DNA from: an uncultured Clostridia bacterium
Lineage (GTDB): Bacteria; Bacillota; Clostridia; Christensenellales; UBA1242
Length of the DNA: 64,000 bases
Reading direction: 5' to 3'
Assembly (NCBI GenBank): GCA_944372675.1
Contig: CALVZW010000001.1
Location: 137-64,136 of the forward strand
Under the pieces are notes generated by a model that worked only from the letters and a program-made list of their open reading frames with translations, was not told the DNA's origin and ran no database searches. Position 1 is the stretch's first letter. Each line of letters begins with the position of its first letter. The position numbers and the translations under genes were made by a program. Positions 47,489 through 55,800 of this stretch are shown here, one piece after another.

Positions 47489-48069
47489 TACTCACCCTTT
47501 AGTACATTTTTGTTTTTATAAAAATACTCCACTGTAGAATAAATAACCATAAACAAAGCAAAAGCACCAACAAAATAAACTATATAAGAAATTATATCAA
47601 CAGCAAGTCCACTAAACCAATTTTCTTGTAAATTACTTCCTAAAAACATCATTCCAATTAAAGCAATATCCAACAAAACTGTTTTAAGTTTTCCAGATTT
47701 ATCCGCTGCGATAACTACCCCTTTTGTGCTTGCTACTTGTCTTAAACTATTAACTAAATAATCTCTTGCAAAAATTAATGCACATATTAAAATATATACA
47801 TATAATGGTAAAATTAAATCTATTATTATAATTAATATACCAGCCATTACAAGCAATTTATCTGCTATTGGGTCTAAAAATTTTCCTGTATCTGTAACTT
47901 GATTATTTTTTCTAGCCAAGTACCCATCTAAAAAGTCGGTAGTTGATGCAATCAAAAATAGAATGGTTGCAACAAGTTTGCCATATGGTATACATTCTAT
48001 CATATAAAACGCCATAATAATAGGCACAAGAACTATTCTTGAAATTGTAATTTTATTAGGTAAATTCAT
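47488..48069 (-). CDS. pgsA: CDP-diacylglycerol--glycerol-3-phosphate 3-phosphatidyltransferase
   Basis: CDP-alcohol phosphatidyltransferase motif DFLDGYLAR...G..LDPIADK. Confidence 0.9.
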   Translation of the reverse strand: MNLPNKITISRIVLVPIIMAFYMIECIPYGKLVATILFLIASTTDFLDGYLARKNNQVTDTGKFLDPIADKLLVMAGILIIIIDLILPLYVYILICALIFARDYLVNSLRQVASTKGVVIAADKSGKLKTVLLDIALIGMMFLGSNLQENWFSGLAVDIISYIVYFVGAFALFMVIYSTVEYFYKNKNVLKGE

Positions 48070-48071
48070 TA

Positions 48072-49391
48072 TTATCTCCTTTTTATAACCTTTCCTAACA
48101 AGTCATATTCATAAAAACCGATAATTTCGACTTCATAAAATGCCCCCTGCTCTACTCCGTCAAAATTTTCACAATACACTACGCTATCAACTTCTGGCGA
48201 ATTATATTGATTTCTCATAATAATACTACCGTCATTTATTTCATCGCACACACACAATAGTGTTTTACCAACTAATTGCTCATTATTTATTTTAACAATA
48301 TTTTTTTGCAAATTATATAATTTCTTTCTTCTCAATTTCTTTGTTATATTGCAAATTTGTTTTGGCATACTGTAAGCAGGCGTACCGTTTTCCCTTGAAT
48401 ATTCAAAAACCCCTACATTATCTAGTTGTTGCGTTAAAATAAAATTTTTTAATTGTGCAAAATCATTGTGAGTTTCACTAGGAAATCCGACAATAAATGA
48501 ACTTCGAATTGCTATTTTATTTGGTTGATTTTTTATTTTTGTTATAAGTTCACAAATACTTTCATAACTACTTTTTCTGTTCATCTTTTTCAAAATGTTA
48601 TTACTAACATGTTGTAAAGGTATGTCTAGATACTTACACATTTTAGGTTCGTCATTTATGAACTTTATTAACTTATCATAAATAAGTTCAGGGTAGCAAT
48701 AATGTAATCTTACCCAAACGATACCATCAATTTTAACTAATTGTTGTAGTAAATCAACAAGTTTATATTCGTTGTAAATATCTATCCCGTATCTTGTTAC
48801 ATCTTGAGCAACAATAATCAATTCTTTTACACCATTTGTTGCTAATGCTTGACATTCTTCAACTATATCTTCAATTTTTCTACTTCTAAATCTACCCCTT
48901 ATTTTTGGTATAGTGCAATATGTACAAAAATTATCACAACCATCAGCAATTTTTACATAAGCATAATGATTTGGAGTTGAAAGTATGCGTGCTGGGCTTA
49001 CTAATTGACATACATTAAATTCACTTACATCATATAATGAATAAACTAATTCGACAATTTTGTCATAATCATCAATGTTAACAAGCAAATCAATACTAGG
49101 TATGCTTTCCCTAATTTCATCGCCGTTTCTTTGTACCAAGCAACCGCAAACAATAATTTTTTCGCATTTTCCTTGTTTTAGTTGTTCAACTTCAAGTATT
49201 CTTTCAATTGATTCTTTTTGTGCACTTAAGATAAAAGCACAAGTGTTTATAATAGCTATGTTGGCTTCTTTTACATCATTAACTAATTTAAAGCCTGCAT
49301 TTTTAAGTAAATATAGTATTTTTTCACTATCAACAGTATTTTTATCGCACCCAAGACTTATAAGTGCAAATGATTTTTCATTTGGATTCAT
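48072..49391 (-). CDS. rimO: ribosomal protein S12 methylthiotransferase
   Basis: MTTase N-domain (SLGCDKNTVDSE), radical SAM CDNFCTYC and a TRAM C-terminus, with the ftsK-rimO-pgsA synteny. Confidence 0.85.
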   Translation of the reverse strand: MNPNEKSFALISLGCDKNTVDSEKILYLLKNAGFKLVNDVKEANIAIINTCAFILSAQKESIERILEVEQLKQGKCEKIIVCGCLVQRNGDEIRESIPSIDLLVNIDDYDKIVELVYSLYDVSEFNVCQLVSPARILSTPNHYAYVKIADGCDNFCTYCTIPKIRGRFRSRKIEDIVEECQALATNGVKELIIVAQDVTRYGIDIYNEYKLVDLLQQLVKIDGIVWVRLHYCYPELIYDKLIKFINDEPKMCKYLDIPLQHVSNNILKKMNRKSSYESICELITKIKNQPNKIAIRSSFIVGFPSETHNDFAQLKNFILTQQLDNVGVFEYSRENGTPAYSMPKQICNITKKLRRKKLYNLQKNIVKINNEQLVGKTLLCVCDEINDGSIIMRNQYNSPEVDSVVYCENFDGVEQGAFYEVEIIGFYEYDLLGKVIKRR

Positions 49392-49405
49392 TCTTTTTCT
49401 CCGTT

Positions 49406-52084
49406 TTAACCTTTGTCGCCATACAATCTTAAAAATTCTTCCATTGTAATAAAGATTTGTCTAGGCTTTGTGCCATCTGCTTTAGAAATGTATTGTCTTG
49501 CTTCTAATTCATCAACAATGCGTGCTGCTCTGTTATATCCAATGCTAAAGCGTCTTTGAATAGATGAAATTGAACAAATTTGAGTTTCAATAGCATTTCT
49601 AAGTACTGGTATAAAATATTCATCCTTAGTTGCATCAGCACCATCACCAAAACTTGCTTCAGTTGTTTTTTCAACCATAATGCTTTTTTCTATTTCTGGG
49701 TCATATTCGCAAGTGTTATGCTCTTTTATAAATTTAACAATTGATGACACTTCTTGTTGCGTAATAAATGCCCCTAGTAAACGCGTAGGCTCTTCACCGC
49801 GTGGGCAATATAGCATATCACCACGACCAAGCAATTTTTCTGCCCCGCTTTGTTCAATAATTGTTTTTGAGTCATTATAGTTTGTTAACGCAAAAGCAAT
49901 TCTTGATGGCAAATTCGCTTTGATTGTACCAGTAATAACATCTACCGATGGTCTTTGAGTTGCCAATATTAAGTGTATACCGCTTGATCTAGCCTTTTGA
50001 GTAAGTTTAAGTATTTTCTCTTCAATTTCTTTTCTAGTACTAATCATTAAATCGCCTAATTCATCTACCATAATGACTATCTTATACATTTTTTCCAATG
50101 TTCCATCTTTAACTTCGGGCATATCATTGTATTCATCAATACTTCGAACATAATATTGCGCAAAAACTCTATTTCTTCTTTCCATTTCCTCGCAAGCCCA
50201 TGCCAAAGCACTTACTGCTTGTGCTGGTTCAGCAACAACTTTTGGTAAAAGCAAATGCGGTAAATTTTCAAATATAACAAATTCTACATATTTAGGGTCA
50301 ATCAAAATTATTCTTAAATCTTGCGGTGAAGATTTATATAATAAAGAAATGATAACTGCATTCATAAAAACTGATTTACCACTACCTGTTGAACCCGCAA
50401 CTAGAGTGTGCACTAATTTACCTACATCGGACAAAACCGGTCTATTTGTTATGTCTTTACCAAGTGCAAAAGTTAGTGGCGAAGGTGCTTCTCTAAATTG
50501 TTTAGTGTCAATAATATCTCTTAAACCAATGGTATCAACTGTATCATTTGGCACTTCAATACCAAATGCGTTTTTCCCAGGAATCGGGGCTTCGATTCTT
50601 ATTGCTTTCCTACTTTCAAGCACCATAGATATGTCATTAGTGTATTGTAAAACTTTATTAACAGTTACACCTTGTGGCATTTCAAATTCGTATCTAGTAA
50701 TTGCTGGCCCTCTTGTTACGCCAACGCACTTAACAGATATTTTAAATTCTTCAAACTTCTCTTCAATGATTCTTGCCTTTTCTTCATACTTTTCTTGCGA
50801 CATTGAAGGTATGGAACTTTGTGTTGTAAGAAGTTCAAGTGGTGGTCGCACATACTTTGCTTTTCTTTTTGGTTTAGGTGCTTCTTGTTTAACTACTTCA
50901 GTTTTTTGCGTATCTTGTTCTTTATTAAATAAATTATTTAACAAATCATCAGTTGTACTGCTAGCATTATTTGTTTTGTTGTTGTCAAATATAATATTTT
51001 CAGTATTAAATTCTTGATTACTAAAATTGTTTTCTTGTTTACTTAAGCCTAATTTAGTAAATGCATCATCTTCTAAATTAACGTTACTTTCAAAATTTCC
51101 AATTTGTTTTTCATTAAAATCGTCGACAACCGGCGAAACTTTAAATTCGCTAGTATTTTTTTCTTGCAAAATTGTTTTTGGCTTATCAAACAAGTTAGTT
51201 TCATCGCTTTCGTTAAAAATAAATTTTTGAGGCTTTAATGGTGTAACTTGACTACCGTCAATAGCATCTTGCAAAGTTATTGAACCTTTACCATCAATAA
51301 TATTATCAGAACTTATTATACCCGAATAAATAGTTGGGTCAACTTTCGTTTGCTTTACTGGTTCTCGTTTTTTAATATTTATTGGTTTAGGTGTAATTGG
51401 TGTAACTAAATCGTTAATTTTATCTTTTTCATCTTTTTCAATTTTTGCATTTAAAGTTAAAGGCATTGAAATAAAGGTTGGCATACTTTTGTTTTTTTCC
51501 ATTGTTGCGTTTGGAACTTTCATTGTTTGAGTTTTGCTAGATACCTTATTTAATTTCACCTTTTCTGTTGTTGTTGAATTATTTGTGGCTTGTCTAGGTA
51601 TTAGCAAGTGTTTGTGATGAAATTGTTTATCAACACATACACAAAAAAATACAATCATTAAAATGACAAATAAACATATTACGGCTTCAGTAGGCAACAA
51701 CAATCTTAGCGGATAAATGACAAATGAAAAAATTGCTCCAGCAGGAGTAAGATTACTAAACGGATACTCCATACAATCGACAAATGATAAATTATATGAA
51801 CTGCTTGTCAATGCTATGTGTATAATAAACATCATTGAAAAAGCAATAATACATAATGACACAATAAAACTTGGCGTAAATATGTTTTTATATCCCATAA
51901 TTTTGGATACAGACAAAGCAATTAATAGTAAAAGCAAAATATAAATACTTGCACCACAAATGCCTATCAATAAGTGATTTAACAAATCTAAAATTGAAAA
52001 TGATATGCAAATTAGCACAAGTAAAGACACAAACAACACAATCAATGGTGTTGTGTTTTCTCTTGTCAATATTTTACGAATCAT
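49406..52084 (-). CDS. ftsK: DNA translocase FtsK/SpoIIIE
   Basis: N-terminal TMs, a long low-complexity linker, a motor domain with Walker A GSTGSGKSV and Walker B VIMVDELGDLM, and a C-terminal gamma wHTH. Confidence 0.93.
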   Translation of the reverse strand: MIRKILTRENTTPLIVLFVSLLVLICISFSILDLLNHLLIGICGASIYILLLLLIALSVSKIMGYKNIFTPSFIVSLCIIAFSMMFIIHIALTSSSYNLSFVDCMEYPFSNLTPAGAIFSFVIYPLRLLLPTEAVICLFVILMIVFFCVCVDKQFHHKHLLIPRQATNNSTTTEKVKLNKVSSKTQTMKVPNATMEKNKSMPTFISMPLTLNAKIEKDEKDKINDLVTPITPKPINIKKREPVKQTKVDPTIYSGIISSDNIIDGKGSITLQDAIDGSQVTPLKPQKFIFNESDETNLFDKPKTILQEKNTSEFKVSPVVDDFNEKQIGNFESNVNLEDDAFTKLGLSKQENNFSNQEFNTENIIFDNNKTNNASSTTDDLLNNLFNKEQDTQKTEVVKQEAPKPKRKAKYVRPPLELLTTQSSIPSMSQEKYEEKARIIEEKFEEFKISVKCVGVTRGPAITRYEFEMPQGVTVNKVLQYTNDISMVLESRKAIRIEAPIPGKNAFGIEVPNDTVDTIGLRDIIDTKQFREAPSPLTFALGKDITNRPVLSDVGKLVHTLVAGSTGSGKSVFMNAVIISLLYKSSPQDLRIILIDPKYVEFVIFENLPHLLLPKVVAEPAQAVSALAWACEEMERRNRVFAQYYVRSIDEYNDMPEVKDGTLEKMYKIVIMVDELGDLMISTRKEIEEKILKLTQKARSSGIHLILATQRPSVDVITGTIKANLPSRIAFALTNYNDSKTIIEQSGAEKLLGRGDMLYCPRGEEPTRLLGAFITQQEVSSIVKFIKEHNTCEYDPEIEKSIMVEKTTEASFGDGADATKDEYFIPVLRNAIETQICSISSIQRRFSIGYNRAARIVDELEARQYISKADGTKPRQIFITMEEFLRLYGDKG

Positions 52085-52211
52085 ATAATCTCCTTATCAT
52101 TCCGCTATAAGAAAGATTATATCACAAAAAGTTTTTTTACACAACAAAAAACAATGAATTTATTTAACAATTAAAATCATTTATTAAAAATTTTGTCATA
52201 TTTTGTCAACT

Positions 52212-52913
52212 CTAATTTTTAATGTTTAAACATTTTGATACAGTTGTAATAGTTAGTCCATTTTTCTTGCAGTAATCAATAATTGAAGGTAATGCTTCTA
52301 GCGTATTTTTTGTTGGATGCATTAAAATTAAATCGCCATTTTTTAAATTATTAGTTGCCCTTTTTACTATTAAATCGGTATTTTTATCTCTCCAATCAAT
52401 CGTATCCTTTGACCACATTATAGTCTTGTAGTTTAGTGCAGAAGCAACTTGTAAAGTTGTTTTATTAAAATCGCCCGATGGTGGAGCAAATAAATTCATT
52501 TCAACATTAGTTAAACCTTTTACAACTTCGTGACACATATTAATTTCATTGTAATTTTGCTCATAAGTTAATTTTGAATGTTCCTTATGATTAAAACCGT
52601 GATTGCCCAATTCGTGCCCCGCTTCCACAATTTTATTTAATAATTCGGTATATTTATTTGCCCACGAACCACCAACAAAAAATGTAGTTTGTATGTTTGC
52701 TTCTTTTAGTACATCCAGCATCGATTCAATATATTCATTTCCCCAATAAACATTTATCATCAATGAAACTTGTGGCAAATTTGCGTCCCCGCAATAGTAA
52801 GGCTCGTCATTGCTTTGATTAAAAACACTTCTTATACTATTATCGTAAGTAACACAAAACAACGCAAATAACATACAAACAATACATACATTTGATAATA
52901 TTCTATAATTCAT
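52212..52913 (-). CDS. polysaccharide deacetylase (NodB domain, PdaB-like)
   Basis: N-terminal TM or signal sequence, plus NodB motifs TFFVGG and HELGNHGFNH. Confidence 0.75.
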   Translation of the reverse strand: MNYRILSNVCIVCMLFALFCVTYDNSIRSVFNQSNDEPYYCGDANLPQVSLMINVYWGNEYIESMLDVLKEANIQTTFFVGGSWANKYTELLNKIVEAGHELGNHGFNHKEHSKLTYEQNYNEINMCHEVVKGLTNVEMNLFAPPSGDFNKTTLQVASALNYKTIMWSKDTIDWRDKNTDLIVKRATNNLKNGDLILMHPTKNTLEALPSIIDYCKKNGLTITTVSKCLNIKN

Positions 52914-53051
52914 AAATATCTCCGTATATTATCTATATGCTATAAATTTTATTTTCTTAACCATAACGAAAAAATTTTGGACAACTATATAATAAATAAT
53001 TTTACAAAACAAAATAAATATAAAAAACAATCAATTGATTTATAAATCTAA

Positions 53052-53088
53052 TAAAAAAACAAATATAATATTTCATTATATTTGCTTT
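53052..53088 (-). terminator. intrinsic terminator of pnp
   Basis: Stem CAAATATAAT (53060-53069) pairs with ATTATATTTG (53075-53084). The A-run at 53053-53059 gives a U-run on the minus strand. Confidence 0.65.
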
Positions 53089-53133
53089 TAATAATAATTT
53101 AATTTTATAAATTTTTAACAAATTAATTTATTT

Positions 53134-55224
53134 TTAAATTTTTTGTATTAATCTTAAATCAATTCTTCCTCTGTTGTCAACTTTAATAACTTCAACTTTA
53201 ACCTTATCGCCCACAACAACAACATCTTCAGTTTTTTCAATATGTTTGTCGGAAAGTTTTGAAATATGAATTAAGCCTTCTTTAGTTGGAGATAATTTTA
53301 CAAATGCACCAAAATCACTAGTTCTAACAACTTGTCCATTTAAAATCATACCAACTTCAACTTCCATAACAATGCCTTCAATAATTTCTTTTGCTCGTTG
53401 AATCATTTTTGCATCAAAGCCGGCAATAGTAACAAAACCATCATCTTCAATGTCAATTTTTACATTTGTTTCTTCAATTATTTTATTGATACTCTTACCA
53501 CCAGAGCCAATAACATCTTTAATTTTATCAGGGTCAATATTTAAAGTTGCAATTTTTGGTGCGTATGGTGATAATTCAGTTCTTGGCATACTAATTGTTT
53601 CAAGCATTTTATTCATAATAAATAATCTACCGATTCTTGCCTTTTCCAAAGCAGTTCTTAAGATATTTTCATCAATGCCTTTAATTTTAATATCCATTTG
53701 AATTGCTGTAATACCCTTTTCAGTCCCTGCAACTTTAAAATCCATATCGCCATAAAAATCTTCTTCGCCTTGAATGTCAGTCAAAACAAAAGTTTTATCA
53801 TCGGCTTTGATTAACCCCATAGCAATACCTGCAACAGGTGAAGAAATTGGTACACCAGCATCCATCAAAGCAAGTGTAGAACCGCAAACACTTGCCTGCG
53901 AAGTTGAGCCATTTGAACTCAATACTTCTGAAACTGTTCTTATTGAATAAGGGAATTCTTCTTCAGTAGGTAAAACTGGTTCCAATGCCCTTTCAGCAAG
54001 TGCCCCATGTCCAATTTCACGACGACCAGGTGTACGCAACATTTTTGCTTCACCTGTGCTGTAAGGTGGCATATTGTATTGATGCATATATCGTTTTTCT
54101 TCTTCTTGTTGACTAAGCCCATCAATTTTTTGCATTTCACTTAACATACCCAAAGTACAAGTTGTTAAGACTTGTGTTTGTCCACGAGTAAAGACTCCTG
54201 AACCGTGAACTCTTGGAAGCAACCCAACTTGACACCAAATCGGGCGAATTTCATCTAATGAACGACCATCTAAACGAATTCCTTTTTCAACTATTTTATT
54301 TCTTACTTTTTCTTTTGTCATTGCATAAATAGTTGAATTTACAATGGCTTCAATATTTTCCACTTCAGGATATTTTGATGAAAATTCATTTAAACATTCT
54401 TGCTTTAAATCAGCATCTCTTTGCTGTCTTTCTTCACGAATGATTGTGTCAAGTACATAGTTAAGTTTTTCATTAGCGTAATCTTTTACTTCTGCCCTAA
54501 TTTGTGTAGTAAGTTCATCTTCAGTTGTAACGCATTTTTTATCTTTACTAAATTCTTTAATAATTTGTAATTGAAACTCAACTTGTTTTTTAATTTCTTC
54601 GTGTGCTACCATAATTGCTTTAAGCATTGTTTCTTCATCAACGAATTTAGCCCCTGCTTCAACCATTAAAATAGCGTCGTGTGTTCCGCTTACAGTTAAA
54701 TTAAGTAAACTTTTTTCTCTTTGTTCTAAATTAGGATTTAAAATAAATTCTCCATCAACAAGAGCAACATTTACAGCACCAGTTGGACCTTCAAACGGAG
54801 CAGACGAAATGGACAAGGCAATACTTGACCCAAGCATACACAATGCTTCAGGTGCTACATCTGGGTCAACTGAAAGCGGTGTCGCAACAATTGAAATGTC
54901 ATTGTAAAAGTTTTTAGGGAACAATGGTCTTAAAGGACGGTCAATTAATCTTGAGTTTAAAATTGCCTTATCAGAAGGCTTACCCTCGCGTCTTTTGTAA
55001 CTACCAGGTATTTTACCCACTGCATAAAGTTTTTCTTCAAAATCAACACTTAATGGAAGAAAATCAACTCCATCACGTGCTTTATCAGCAACTGTTACAT
55101 TAACCATTACTACCGTATCTTGACATCTTACTAAACAAGAACCATCGGCTTGCATTGCGTATCTGCCTAGTTCTACTTTTACTGGTTTTCCCCCATAAGT
55201 TGTTTCAAATATTTTATTTTCCAT
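53134..55224 (-). CDS. pnp: polyribonucleotide nucleotidyltransferase (PNPase)
   Basis: 696 aa with two RNase PH domains, KH and S1 domains, and the rpsO-pnp synteny. Confidence 0.96.
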   Translation of the reverse strand: MENKIFETTYGGKPVKVELGRYAMQADGSCLVRCQDTVVMVNVTVADKARDGVDFLPLSVDFEEKLYAVGKIPGSYKRREGKPSDKAILNSRLIDRPLRPLFPKNFYNDISIVATPLSVDPDVAPEALCMLGSSIALSISSAPFEGPTGAVNVALVDGEFILNPNLEQREKSLLNLTVSGTHDAILMVEAGAKFVDEETMLKAIMVAHEEIKKQVEFQLQIIKEFSKDKKCVTTEDELTTQIRAEVKDYANEKLNYVLDTIIREERQQRDADLKQECLNEFSSKYPEVENIEAIVNSTIYAMTKEKVRNKIVEKGIRLDGRSLDEIRPIWCQVGLLPRVHGSGVFTRGQTQVLTTCTLGMLSEMQKIDGLSQQEEEKRYMHQYNMPPYSTGEAKMLRTPGRREIGHGALAERALEPVLPTEEEFPYSIRTVSEVLSSNGSTSQASVCGSTLALMDAGVPISSPVAGIAMGLIKADDKTFVLTDIQGEEDFYGDMDFKVAGTEKGITAIQMDIKIKGIDENILRTALEKARIGRLFIMNKMLETISMPRTELSPYAPKIATLNIDPDKIKDVIGSGGKSINKIIEETNVKIDIEDDGFVTIAGFDAKMIQRAKEIIEGIVMEVEVGMILNGQVVRTSDFGAFVKLSPTKEGLIHISKLSDKHIEKTEDVVVVGDKVKVEVIKVDNRGRIDLRLIQKI

Positions 55225-55240
55225 TTATTTACTCCTTTGC

Positions 55241-55298
55241 ATAATACACTATATTTAGTGTATTTTATTATTATAATACCAAATATATGGTGTAATAT
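55241..55298. repeat. palindrome doublet, locus F (in the pnp 5' leader, abutting the SD)
   Basis: ATAATACAC-TATATTTA-GTGTATTTT at 55241-55266, linker ATTATT, then ATAATACCA-AATATATG-GTGTAATAT at 55273-55298. The pnp SD occupies 55232-55238. Confidence 0.88.
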
Positions 55299-55321
55299 AT
55301 TTATTTATATATTATTATTTA

Positions 55322-55352
55322 CAAAAAAGCCCAAAAATATTTTTGGGCTTTG
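55322..55352 (-). terminator. intrinsic terminator/attenuator between rpsO and pnp
   Basis: AGCCCAAAA (55328-55336) pairs with TTTTGGGCT (55341-55349). The A-run at 55323-55327 gives a U-run on the minus strand. Confidence 0.75.
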
Positions 55353-55357
55353 AACAT

Positions 55358-55609
55358 TTATCTAATGCCGAGTTCTGTAGCAATACTTCTGTATTGTTCA
55401 ATATCGGTTTTCTTAAGATAATTTAACAAGCCTTTTCTTTGCCCTACTAATTTAAGTAGACCACGGCGAGTGTGATTATCTTTAGGATGAACTTTTAAAT
55501 GTTCGTTTAAGTGATTAATTCTTTCTGTAAGCAAAGCGATTTGAACACTTGTTGAACCAGTGTCTTTTTCGTTCTTACCGAATTTAGCAATAATCTCTTT
55601 CTTATCCAT
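55358..55609 (-). CDS. rpsO: 30S ribosomal protein S15
   Basis: 83 aa with [33 protein letters not shown]. Confidence 0.94.
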   Translation of the reverse strand: MDKKEIIAKFGKNEKDTGSTSVQIALLTERINHLNEHLKVHPKDNHTRRGLLKLVGQRKGLLNYLKKTDIEQYRSIATELGIR

Positions 55610-55720
55610 ACTGATTTTCTCCTTTACTAATTTACTCCAAAAGCAAGGTAATGCGTCGGAGATTCGACAAAACTTTGCTAAAGGTATTTAAATGATAGCA
55701 CAAAGTAAATTATTTGTCAA
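55610..55720 (-). promoter_or_regulatory. rpsO promoter and structured leader (possible S15 autoregulatory element)
   Basis: On the minus strand: TTGACA (55720-55715), a 17-bp spacer, then TATCAT (55697-55692). The ~75-nt leader contains a GTCGAATCTCCGAC hairpin nested in AGCAA/TTGCT pairing. Confidence 0.45.
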
Positions 55721-55800
55721 GTATTTAAACTATTAATTAGTATCCTTTTATAACACAATGATTTAATTATTTGACAAAAAATTTACTAGCAAATATTCTA

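Noticed and set aside
50349-51017. 222-aa ORF on the plus strand inside ftsK. Similar antisense ORFs occur at 33586-33963, 2094-2429, 18739-19074, 20305-20616, 49075-49449, 27379-27669 and 29443-29718.
   Set aside because: All lie fully inside well-supported genes on the opposite strand. They have serine/leucine/isoleucine-rich composition typical of shadow frames in AT-rich DNA, and they lack SDs and recognisable motifs.
12379-55298. Could the 32-bp periodic repeats be a degenerate CRISPR array?
   Set aside because: There are only two units per locus. The units are themselves palindromes with variable centres, there are no unique spacers and no cas genes, and the loci are scattered between housekeeping genes.
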